Positions 24,086-32,591 of a stretch of DNA of 64,000 nucleotides are shown one piece after another. The notes under the pieces were generated by a model. That model had not been told where the DNA came from and did not search any database. It was given only the letters and a program-made list of their open reading frames with translations. Made by a program: the position numbers and the translations under genes. This DNA comes from an uncultured Acidobacteriota bacterium (GTDB lineage Bacteria > Acidobacteriota > Thermoanaerobaculia > UBA5066): positions 800,001 to 864,000 of the forward strand of contig CAVZYA010000002.1 of NCBI GenBank assembly GCA_963779415.1, in the 5' to 3' direction. Numbering within the stretch: position 1 is the stretch's first letter; every line of letters begins with the position of its first letter.

Positions 24086-24616
24086 TCACCCCTTCGTCTT
24101 CTGTCCGAGCCAGAGGCCGCGGACGAACCAGGCCAGCAGGTATCCCGTGCCGAAGATTGCGAGCATGGTGACGAAGCCCGCGGTCGACAGGACGGCCATC
24201 CCGCTCAGCGCCGCGCCGCTCGTGCACCCGCGCGCCAGCTGGGCGCCGATGCCGAAGAGCGCCCCGCCGGCCGCCGCGAAGACCCACCGTGTCTTCGTGG
24301 AGACGCGGGGCCCGGCTTCCGTCACGAGCTTCAGGCGATCGGAGACGACGCCCGAGAGGAAGGCGCCGATCAGGACGCCCGCCATCTCGAAGACGAGCCA
24401 CGTCTTCAGCGGGCTCTCCTGTCCGGGACCGACATAGTGCGCATAGAAAGGGGAGGCCTGCGCGTGGGCCGGCGCCACGCCGTCGACCGCCGCGACGACC
24501 ACGCTCTTGAGCGCGCCGCTCGCGCCGAGCCCGCGGCCCGTGACGAAGATGGTCGCCAGCAGGACCATGCCGAGCAGGAACCCGGCGAGGTAGGGATCCA
24601 TGTATTTCTTTCTCAT
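24086..24616 (-). CDS. YeeE/YedE family membrane protein
   Basis: PYLAG, GRGLGASG, GAQLARGCTSGAALSG. Confidence 0.88.
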   Translation of the reverse strand: MRKKYMDPYLAGFLLGMVLLATIFVTGRGLGASGALKSVVVAAVDGVAPAHAQASPFYAHYVGPGQESPLKTWLVFEMAGVLIGAFLSGVVSDRLKLVTEAGPRVSTKTRWVFAAAGGALFGIGAQLARGCTSGAALSGMAVLSTAGFVTMLAIFGTGYLLAWFVRGLWLGQKTKG

Positions 24617-24626
24617 CGGACGCCTT

Positions 24627-25298
24627 TCATTCGGCCCCGGCGGACGCACGCAGCGGAGCGGCGGGTGCCTCGGCCGGGAATCGGGATGGCGTGTCTCTCT
24701 CCAGCACCTCGTAGCCGGTGATCATCGCCTTCAGGTTCGACGTCACGGTGCGGCCCGTCGTCATCAGGTAGAGGTGGGCGACAAGGAAGGTCAGGAGGAG
24801 GAAGGCTCCCGCCGTGTGGAGGACCGCGATCGTCTCGAGGCTCCGGACGTTGAGACCGAACACCTCGTTGCGCTGAGGGTACCGGTAGAACATGTAGAGA
24901 AGCCCCGAGACGACGACTACCGGGATGACGAGGAGCTTCAGTCCGGCGTAGGTCAGCTTCTGGAGGGGGTTCAGCTTGGAAAGGACGGTCTTCTTCGTCG
25001 GGTGGGGCGCGTTCCGGAAGATGCCGAAGATGTAGTAGTCCGCCTGCGCCCGCAGGTTCTCCCAGGTCGGGATGTACTGCCTCCACTCTCCCGTCGTGAA
25101 GTGCCAGAAGATCGCGAAGACGATCAGGACGAGGAAGCTCCAGGCGGCGACGGCGTGGTAGCGGACCGCGTGCTCGAACCCGAAGAAGCGAATCGAGCCG
25201 TGGATCTCGAAGCCCGTCACCGCGAGGAAGAGGATGAGGGCTGCCTGGGCCCAGTGCCAGAACCGCTCGAACGACCGGTAGACGTACTCGCGCTTCAT
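24627..25298 (-). CDS. Cytochrome b (Ni-hydrogenase/PhsC-like membrane anchor)
   Basis: FERFWHW, GFEIH, KLNPLQKLTY, LHTAGAF...AHLY, AMITG. Confidence 0.88.
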   Translation of the reverse strand: MKREYVYRSFERFWHWAQAALILFLAVTGFEIHGSIRFFGFEHAVRYHAVAAWSFLVLIVFAIFWHFTTGEWRQYIPTWENLRAQADYYIFGIFRNAPHPTKKTVLSKLNPLQKLTYAGLKLLVIPVVVVSGLLYMFYRYPQRNEVFGLNVRSLETIAVLHTAGAFLLLTFLVAHLYLMTTGRTVTSNLKAMITGYEVLERDTPSRFPAEAPAAPLRASAGAE

Positions 25299-25299
25299 T

Positions 25300-26868
25300 T
25301 CACTTCGCTCCCTTCCCGTTCTTGCGGAATGCGAACCGGGCCCCGCCGTGGATCACGACGCCGGCGAGGGTGACGGCGAGGAAGGCGATGCCGGAGCGGT
25401 CGACCCACGGGCTGCGGTCCCGCCCCGGCATGTAGAAACCCCCGAGCTGCGCCAGCCGCCCGCCCGTGCGCGCGTGACACTCGGTGCAGGTGACGGCCTT
25501 TCCCTTCGGGGCGATCATGTGGTTGACGGGCCAGTACATCTCCGTCCGGGCGAAGGCGTAGTGGCCGCTGTACGGAAGGCCGATGTCCTTCATCCCTTCC
25601 TCGGCCGCCCGTTCCCAGTTGAACTCCGCCCAGTAACCCCCGTCGCCCGGGTGAGACGAGTAGAGCTTCGGCTGGATCAGGTAGTCGTTCCCCTCGTCGT
25701 AGATCTGGCTGGCGCGGTGGATCTTGACCGGGACGATCTTCGAGTCCGGGTCGTCGTAGCTGCCGTCGAGCGGGTTCAGGACGAGGGGCACTTTCGGGTC
25801 GAACTTGTCGCCGATGAGGTAATGCGAGGCCGTCCCGTTGAACCAGATGTAGTCGGGCTTGATGTTCTTGCCCCAGACGAACGACCCCTTGATCGACATG
25901 TAGACGTCGGTCCCGCTGGCGTCCTTCTCCTCGTACGGCTCGCCGTCCTTCAGCTTTCCCGCCGCCGACCAGTCCCACGCGAGCTTCGTCGGATTGACCT
26001 TCGCGTAGGTGGGGATGTGGCACGTCTGGCAGGCGACCTTGTAGGTATGGTCGTTCAGGACGTCGTCGGCGTGCGGCATCGCCGTGTGGCATGTCTCGCA
26101 CTCCACGCGGTTCCGGTTCATCGAAGAGACCGAGTACATCTTCCCGAGCATCTGGTGCTTTTCGGCCGTGTGGCAGTCGACGCACTGCATGTCGAGTCCG
26201 TCGGTGGCCATGTGAACGTCGACGTCGCGGGTCGTGTCGAAGAGGGCCATCTCCAGGTCCCCGTGCTTGACGTTGTTCCCGCCGCCGCCGAAGAAGTGAC
26301 AGGTACCGCAGTTCGTCCTTTGCGGCCTGCCGACGTGCTGCGCGACGTTGGTCAGGTTGACCGAAGGGTCGGGCATTCCCGCCCCTCCCGCAGCCTTCAC
26401 GTACGTGGACGTGTTGTCGTGGCAGGCGAGGCAGTCGACGTTGAGCGGGTCCTTCAGGTCGAACGTCGCGTCCGCCCAGCCGTAGCCGATGTGGCATTTG
26501 TCGCAGCTTCTCTGGCTGCCCGAGACCCCGATGCAGAAGTTGTTCAGGATGTTCCTCTTGCCGACCTCGCGGATCCCCTTGCCTTCGATGTACTCCGTCC
26601 GGTCCCAGTTCCAGTGCGAGGACTTCATCACCTCCGCAGCGCGCCCGTTGTGGCAGGAGATGCACGCGGCGGTGACGTCCTGGGGCCTCTTGAAGGAGAC
26701 CTTGAGTTGCGCGAAGCGGGAGTGGTCGACCGACGACTTCGACTTGTGCGAGAAGCGCTCCTTCAGCTTCGAAAGGGGCGTCTCCTCGGAGACGTTCTTC
26801 CTGAGAGCGCTGTAGGCGAGTCCCAGGATCGCGGCGAGGGCCAGAAGGGTTGCGAAGATTCGTTTCAT
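25300..26868 (-). CDS. Octaheme c-type cytochrome, tetrathionate reductase (OTR) family
   Basis: Signal anchor plus 8 CxxCH motifs (CISCH, CDKCH, CLACH, CGTCH, CVDCH, CETCH, CQTCH, CTECH); GK-xx-ILNNFCI; FFGGGGNNVKHGDL; C-terminal TM helix. Confidence 0.92.
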   Translation of the reverse strand: MKRIFATLLALAAILGLAYSALRKNVSEETPLSKLKERFSHKSKSSVDHSRFAQLKVSFKRPQDVTAACISCHNGRAAEVMKSSHWNWDRTEYIEGKGIREVGKRNILNNFCIGVSGSQRSCDKCHIGYGWADATFDLKDPLNVDCLACHDNTSTYVKAAGGAGMPDPSVNLTNVAQHVGRPQRTNCGTCHFFGGGGNNVKHGDLEMALFDTTRDVDVHMATDGLDMQCVDCHTAEKHQMLGKMYSVSSMNRNRVECETCHTAMPHADDVLNDHTYKVACQTCHIPTYAKVNPTKLAWDWSAAGKLKDGEPYEEKDASGTDVYMSIKGSFVWGKNIKPDYIWFNGTASHYLIGDKFDPKVPLVLNPLDGSYDDPDSKIVPVKIHRASQIYDEGNDYLIQPKLYSSHPGDGGYWAEFNWERAAEEGMKDIGLPYSGHYAFARTEMYWPVNHMIAPKGKAVTCTECHARTGGRLAQLGGFYMPGRDRSPWVDRSGIAFLAVTLAGVVIHGGARFAFRKNGKGAK

Positions 26869-26924
26869 CTGTCGTCGTCCTATTCGATCGGGTGTCTCGG
26901 GGCAAGCGACCGCGTCACCTTCCA

Positions 26925-26940
26925 TTCAAGAAGAGCGCCA
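26925..26940 (-). promoter_or_regulatory. Putative sigma54 -24/-12 promoter for the OTR-cyd operon
   Basis: TGGCGC-TCTTC-TTGAA versus consensus TGGCAC-N5-TTGCW, about 57 nt upstream of the start; the -12 is non-canonical (GA). Confidence 0.5.
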
Positions 26941-27145
26941 GAGGGGTTGGAGGAGACTTCCGAGCGAATACCTCCTGTGAATCGGCGTGCGAGACCTATC
27001 GTTTGATCCGCCGGGGCGCGACGTGCGGGGACGCTGAACAGTGCGAAACGTTTCGACGTGGACACCCTGTCGCAACAGAGTGCGCGCCGGGCACGGCTCG
27101 CCCGATGGTGATCGAAACAAGTCCGTCGACTTTTTCTCTTTCCTT

Positions 27146-27167
27146 ATTACGAGCATATGCTCATAAT
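27146..27167 (+). promoter_or_regulatory. Second copy of the DUF134-associated palindromic operator
   Basis: ATTACGAGCATATGCTCATAAT (one mismatched pair), 8 nt before the DUF134 GTG; contains a CATAAT -10-like hexamer. Confidence 0.8.
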
Positions 27168-27175
27168 GCTCGATC

Positions 27176-27559
27176 GTGCCTCGACCTTCCTGCCTCCGCC
27201 ACGTGACCTGCCGCCCGTCGGCGCCGCTCTTCAAGCCTGCCGGCATCCCGGCCACCCTTCTGGAGGAGATCGTCCTGACGCTCGACGAACTCGAGGCCCT
27301 TCGCCTCGCGGACCTCGAAGGTCTTCATCAGGAGGACGCCGGCGCCCGGATGGGGATCTCCCGCCCGACGTTCGGCCGCGTCGTCGAGGCGGCCCGGCGA
27401 AAGGTGACGGAGGCGCTGACGGCCGGGAAGGCCCTCCGGATCGAGGGAGGGCCGGTCTGCCCCTCCGGGCGGCCGCGGGGCCGCTGCGCGGCCTGCAGCT
27501 CCGGCTCGACAGCATTACCGGTAACTCGCCAGGGACCCGAACGAAAGGAGCCCAAATGA
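27176..27559 (+). CDS. DUF134 (UPF0251) HTH DNA-binding protein, copy 2
   Basis: MPRPSCLRHV...FKPAGIP...LDELEALRLADLEGLHQEDAGARMGISRPTFGRVV...GKALRIEGG; CxxC in tail. Confidence 0.92.
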   Translation: MPRPSCLRHVTCRPSAPLFKPAGIPATLLEEIVLTLDELEALRLADLEGLHQEDAGARMGISRPTFGRVVEAARRKVTEALTAGKALRIEGGPVCPSGRPRGRCAACSSGSTALPVTRQGPERKEPK

Positions 27560-27960
27560 ATCTCTGTCTTCCCATCACCCGAAACCTCGGACTGAAGAGC
27601 CCCGTCAGCGCGCACTTCGGCTCTGCGCCGCTCTTCCTCGTCGTCGACACCGAAAGCGGGAGGTGCCGCGAGATCCCGAACCGCAACCAGCACCACGCCC
27701 ACGGGATGTGTCAGCCCCTGGAGTCGCTCGCCGGAGAGCGCTTCGACGGAATCGTCGTTGGAGGAATCGGCCAGGGAGCGCTCGGAAAGCTCCGGGCGGC
27801 CGGTATCCGGGTCTTCCTGGCAAACGCCTTCACCGTCGAGGAAGCGGTCGCGGCGCTCACGTCGGGCGCTCTCGAGGAGGTCTCCCCGGCCACGGCGTGC
27901 GCAGGCCACGCTCACGAAGGGGCGGACCACACCCATAGGTTGACCTTGCCGACGCATTAG
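27556..27960 (+). CDS. NifB/NifX-family (FeMo-co binding fold) protein
   Basis: VSAHFGSAPLFLVVD, HHAHGMC, VGGIGQGA, His-rich tail; ATGA overlap with DUF134. Confidence 0.88.
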   Translation: MNLCLPITRNLGLKSPVSAHFGSAPLFLVVDTESGRCREIPNRNQHHAHGMCQPLESLAGERFDGIVVGGIGQGALGKLRAAGIRVFLANAFTVEEAVAALTSGALEEVSPATACAGHAHEGADHTHRLTLPTH

Positions 27961-28014
27961 AGAAAGTGCTCCCGGCCGGGGAGCGCTGGTACGCATCTCG
28001 CAGGGACTCCCGGC

Positions 28015-28320
28015 GTGGACGGGGAAAACCTGCTTCCGGGAGAGCGCCTCTGCGAAGGTTCCGACTGGACGCCCGAAGCCGCCGCCGTGGCGGCCGGTCG
28101 GCGCGGAATTCATCTCACGCCGGTCCACTGGCAGGTCCTCGGCTGCGCGCGCGAGGAGTGCCTGAGGACGCGGCACGTACCCGACGCCCGCACGCTGGCG
28201 TTGAGGACCGGGATTAGCCGGGACGAGATCGAGCGCCTCTTCCCGGGAGGTGCGTGGGCCGTCATTGCGGAGATTGCGGGGATGGAGCCCCCGAAAGGGG
28301 CCCACGACCCGACGACCTGA
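28015..28320 (+). CDS. TusE/DsrC-like protein lacking the C-terminal cysteines
   Basis: DWTPEAA...GIHLTPVHWQVL...R...LFPGG...IAGMEPP. Confidence 0.7.
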   Translation: MDGENLLPGERLCEGSDWTPEAAAVAAGRRGIHLTPVHWQVLGCAREECLRTRHVPDARTLALRTGISRDEIERLFPGGAWAVIAEIAGMEPPKGAHDPTT

Positions 28321-28381
28321 CACAAATCCCGATCGAACGAACCGCGGACCCGGCAGGCCCGCCTTTGAGAGGAGTGCCTCG

Positions 28382-29637
28382 ATGAAATCCCGGATGACCT
28401 TCGCCCTCGCTATTCTCTTCACCATCGCCGTCGCCGCCCCCGCCCTCGCGACCGACGGCTACTTCCAGCTCGGCTACGGCACGCCGTACGTCGGGCAGGC
28501 GGGCGCCGGCGTCGCGCTCTCGCTCAACACGATGGCTCCCGCCACGAACCCGGCCGCGAACGCCTTCGTCCTCGGGTACGACGTCGACCTCGGCTTCTTC
28601 AACCCGAACCGCCAGTTCACGGTCACGGGGAACCCTTCCGGCTACCCCGGCACCTTCGGCCTGCAACCCGGAACCGTGAAGAGCGGCAATTCCCTCTTCC
28701 TCGTCCCCGGCCTCGGCGCCAACTGGAAGCTGAACGACACCATGACGCTCGGCGTCGCGATCTACGGCAACGGCGGCATGAACACGAGCTACGCCGAGTC
28801 GGTCTTCTACGCCGGCCGGACCGGAGTCAACCTCTCCCAGATGTTCATCGCCCCGACGTTCACGATCACGGTCGCCAAGAACCACGCCTTCGGCGTCACC
28901 CCGATCGTCTCCTTCCAGCGCTTCCAGGCCGAGGGCGTCCAGAGCTTCGCCCCCTTCTCGTCCAGCCCGGGAGACCTCTCGAACAAGGGCTACGACGAGT
29001 CCTTCGGCGTCGGGCTCCGGGTCGGATACCTCGGGAAGCTCACCCCGTGGCTCTCCGTCGGCGCCTCCTACCAGACCGAGACCGAGATGGCCAAGTTCAA
29101 GAACTATTCCGGCCTCTTCGCCGAGCAGGGGGACTTCGACATCCCGTCCAACTGGACCGTCGGGCTCGCCGTCAAGCCGGTCGAGAGCCTGACCTTCGCC
29201 TTCGACGTGCAGGAGATCTACTACAGCCATACCGAGTCGATCGGGAACCCGATGCTCCCGAACCTGATGACGGCGCCGCCTCGGCGACGACGGCGGCGCG
29301 GGCTTCGGCTGGCAGAACGTCACCGCCTACAAGTTCGGCGTCCAGTGGATGGCGGCCGAGGGACTGGCCCTCCGGGCGGGCTACGCCTACGCGAAGCAGC
29401 CGATCCCCGAGTAGCGAGGTCCTCTTCAACATCCTCGCGCCCGGCGTCATCGAGCAGCACGTCACGGCCGGCGTCAGCAAGTGCCTCGGCAAGAAGGCCG
29501 TCCTCCACTTCTCCGTCGTCCGCGCACTCTCCCACTCCGTCACCGGTCCGAACCCGCTCGAGGCCCCCGGCCAGCAGACCATCGAGCTGAAGATGGACCA
29601 GTGGCTCTTCGACATCGGGGCGTCGTTCGGCTTCTGA
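28382..29637 (+). CDS. FadL/TodX-family outer-membrane transporter (frameshifts near 29280 and 29410)
   Basis: Signal peptide, TDGYFQLGYG...GAGVA...NPA, YGNGGMNT, GDFDIP, C-terminal F. Confidence 0.85.
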
Positions 29638-29706
29638 CCTCGAGAGCAGCGACTCGCACGTTCTTCCGGGCGGCTCGTCGGGTACTCTCGGGGCCGGGGA
29701 GGAATC

Positions 29707-30631
29707 CTGACGACGCAAGCCCAGGGGCACGGCCATGCCCCTCCCGCACTCTCTTTGGACCGGAGACTCTGGCTGGGGGTATTTCTCAACGTCCTCATCA
29801 CGGCCGCGGAGGTCATCGGCGGTCTCGCGAGCGGAAGCCTCGCGCTTCTCTCCGACGCTCTTCACAATGCGAGCGACGTCGCCGCTCTCCTTCTCGCGAT
29901 CGGGGCCCGGGCCCTCGGCCGCAAGGCACCGACGACGCGCTTCTCGTACGGGTTCCGGCGTCTCGAGGTCGTTGCCGCGCTCGTCAATGCGGCGGTCCTC
30001 GTCGGCCTGACGGTGCTCGTCGGGAGGGAGGCCATCGGGCGGCTCGGACATCCCTCGGCCGTGAACGGACAGACGATGCTGGCCGTCGCGCTGGTGGCGT
30101 TCGTAGCGAACGTGGCGGCCGTCCTCCTCCTGGGACGGCACGAAAAGCACGACCTGAACGTCCGCGGAGCCTTTCTCCACCTTCTGCAGGATGCGTCTCG
30201 CCTCCCTCGTCGTCGTCGTGGTGGCGCTCCTTGCGGGAACACGACACGGTCCGTGGCTCGACCCGGCCGCTTCGCTCCTGATCGGCGCCGCGGTCGTCGT
30301 CAGCGCGGGACGGTTGATCTGGGAGAGCGTCCGGATCCTCGTCGAGGCGTCTCCCTCCGGTCTGGACGTCGAGGAGCTGGCGGCGGGACTCGACGAGGCC
30401 TTCGCTCCGGCCCGGTTCCACCACCTCCACGCCTGGACGGTCGGCCCCGGGCAGGTGGCCCTCACCGCTCACGTGAAGCTGGAGGACGGAAGCCTCGAAG
30501 AGATAGAGAGACTTCTCGAGGCGGTCCGAAGGCTCCTCGCGGAGCGATGGGACATCCATCACGCGACGCTGGAGCCGGAGAGGGAACGCTGCTCGGGAGA
30601 CGACGTACCGGAGCGATGGAAGGCCCGCTGA
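29707..30631 (+). CDS. Cation diffusion facilitator (CzcD/ZitB-like; frameshift near 30200)
   Basis: SLALLSDALHNASD, YGFRRLE, LNVRGAFLHLLQD, HHLHAW, HHATLE; start uncertain (29707 CTG or 29755). Confidence 0.88.
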
Positions 30632-30653
30632 ACGGGGAGTCGTCCGGCCGGCG

Positions 30654-31814
30654 TCACTCCGCGAGCGTGAACTCCCATCCGCAGTGCCCCTCTGCCTCCG
30701 GGTCCGGCGGGCAGAGGAGGCACCGGGTCGTGATGCGCGTGTCGACCGTCCGTGCGAAGGTCTCGAACTCCACCTGTCCGACGGGACGGCACGGGAAGTC
30801 CGGGAGGCCCTTTCGCCGGCGCGTCTCCTGGACGCGGCAGGACGTCATGAAGAAGCGGAGGACCCGGCCGTCCCGCTCGATCCGGCTCGGGTTCACGAAG
30901 CTGTAGGCCCGGAAGGAGAGCGCCCGCGCGAGAGCGTCGAGGCCGCCCCCCTTCGGGATCGCATACGTCTCCATGATCCGGCGCGCCTCGGCGGCCGCGA
31001 ACCGGTGCCACGCCGCGGCGTCCAGCTCCATGGCGGTCTCCATCCCGTACCGCTCCTCGGCCGCGAGGAACCAGCTCCCGTCGTGGGCCAGCCAGTTCTT
31101 CGCAAAGACGTCGAGGGCCTTGAAGAGGCCGTCGCGGTCGAGCGCCTCGAAGGCCGGCGGCGCCGCGGCACGCGCCGCGCCCGCGCTCTTGCGGAAGGCC
31201 GCGAAGCGTTCGTGGTGTACCTCCCCGACGCCGGTCTCCTCGAGCCCGAGACCCGAGAGGAAGCCGCGGGCCAGATCGAGGGTCACGGGGCCCTCCGGGT
31301 GGACCCCGCCCTCCGCCGCGTGGACGCGCGCTGCGAAGTCGAAACCCTCCCGGGAGAAGTCGGCGAGCAGAAGAACGCCGCCGGGCCGCACGACGCGGAC
31401 GATCTCGCGGAGGACGGGCGCGCCCTCCGCGAGATGGTGGAGGACGTTGAACGAGACGGCGGACGCGAACGCCCCGTCCGCGAAAGGAAGCGCGGCTCCG
31501 TCCGCCGGCGTGAAGCGAATGCGCGAATCGAGGCCGGTTCCCTCCGTCAGGGAGGCGGCGACCTCCTGATCTCCGGCGTTCGGGTCGACGCTCTCGACGG
31601 GGAGACCGCGGCGTGCGAGTTCGCGCGCCATGACGCCCATTCCCGTTCCAAGATCGAGGACGGGGCCGTCGAGCGGGCCCGCCCCGTCGAGGACGAGGGA
31701 GGCGGCAAGCTCCCCGTCGTGTCCGAGGGCGACGAAAGCCTCCCTGCGCTTCCGGGAGGACTCCTTCCGTCGTGATATCTCGTCCGCGGTCAGCGTCGTG
31801 CGCTCAGTGTCCAT
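30654..31814 (-). CDS. Class I SAM methyltransferase fused to a DUF6125-like domain
   Basis: VLDLGTGMG, LPFADGAF, VVRPGG; then KNWLAHDGSWF...CRVQ...FPC...C...CGWEF. Confidence 0.8.
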   Translation of the reverse strand: MDTERTTLTADEISRRKESSRKRREAFVALGHDGELAASLVLDGAGPLDGPVLDLGTGMGVMARELARRGLPVESVDPNAGDQEVAASLTEGTGLDSRIRFTPADGAALPFADGAFASAVSFNVLHHLAEGAPVLREIVRVVRPGGVLLLADFSREGFDFAARVHAAEGGVHPEGPVTLDLARGFLSGLGLEETGVGEVHHERFAAFRKSAGAARAAAPPAFEALDRDGLFKALDVFAKNWLAHDGSWFLAAEERYGMETAMELDAAAWHRFAAAEARRIMETYAIPKGGGLDALARALSFRAYSFVNPSRIERDGRVLRFFMTSCRVQETRRRKGLPDFPCRPVGQVEFETFARTVDTRITTRCLLCPPDPEAEGHCGWEFTLAE

Positions 31815-31850
31815 ATATCACAAGATAATCATAAAGTTATATATGGTCAA
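31815..31850 (-). promoter_or_regulatory. AT-rich leaderless-type sigma70 promoter with an imperfect inverted repeat
   Basis: TTGACC-17 nt-TATCTT-7 nt-ATG, an AT-rich patch in a GC-rich context. Confidence 0.6.
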
Positions 31851-31860
31851 CCCCCGACGG

Positions 31861-32517
31861 TCATATTCCGAGGAAGCCGACGACGAGGCCCGTGACGACG
31901 ATGACTCCGCCCGCGACCGCGTCGCCCCACCGGTCGAGGAAGGGGACGCGGAGCCGGACGGCGCCGGCACGGGCGGAAAGGGCGAGCGGAATCATCGTCC
32001 CGATCGTCGCCGCCTCGTAGAGAAGGACGATTCCGACGGCCGGCGCCGTTCCGAGGGGCGCCGCCGAGAAGAGAAGCGGAATGACGGCGACACAGGGATC
32101 GACCGAAAAGAGGAGGAAGAGCGACCACGCCGTGGCGCGCGACGGGTCGTGGACGTGGTCGTAGTGGGGATGCGGGTGACCGTGGACGCGCTTCCCGACG
32201 GCGCGCCGGAGGCCCCAGACGGCGTACGCGAGGCCGAATCCGACGAGGAGAAGGCCGGCCACCGATTCCATCCGCTGGCCGAGCCTTTCGAAGAGCTGCC
32301 GCCCGAAGAGGAGGCCGAGGAGGCCGAGGAGCGCGGAGACGGTGACGTGCCCGAAGCCGCAGAGAAACGTGACGAGGGCCGTCTTCCGCGCCGCCCATCC
32401 CTGAGCACGGGCGAGGGCCGCGAAAGGGAGCCAGTGGTCGGGCGCGAGCGTGTGGAGAGATCCGACCGAGACGGCCGCTCCCGCGAGGGCCAGGAAAAGC
32501 TCGCCGCCCCTCTCCAT
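31861..32517 (-). CDS. Ni/Co transporter-like membrane protein (NicO/UreH-like)
   Basis: LHTLAPDHWLPF, GFGHV, His-rich loop HGHPHPHYDHVH, DPC motif. Confidence 0.75.
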   Translation of the reverse strand: MERGGELFLALAGAAVSVGSLHTLAPDHWLPFAALARAQGWAARKTALVTFLCGFGHVTVSALLGLLGLLFGRQLFERLGQRMESVAGLLLVGFGLAYAVWGLRRAVGKRVHGHPHPHYDHVHDPSRATAWSLFLLFSVDPCVAVIPLLFSAAPLGTAPAVGIVLLYEAATIGTMIPLALSARAGAVRLRVPFLDRWGDAVAGGVIVVTGLVVGFLGI

Positions 32518-32591
32518 GAAGCGCGGAATCTTACCCGAGGCCGAACTTCTCGAGACGCAAGGCGATTCTCTCCCACGCTAGACTCGGAGGG

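Noticed and set aside
27556-28320. Nitrogen fixation or dissimilatory sulfite reduction inferred from NifX-like and DsrC-like genes
   Set aside because: No nifHDK or dsrAB in the window; both folds are widespread outside those pathways.
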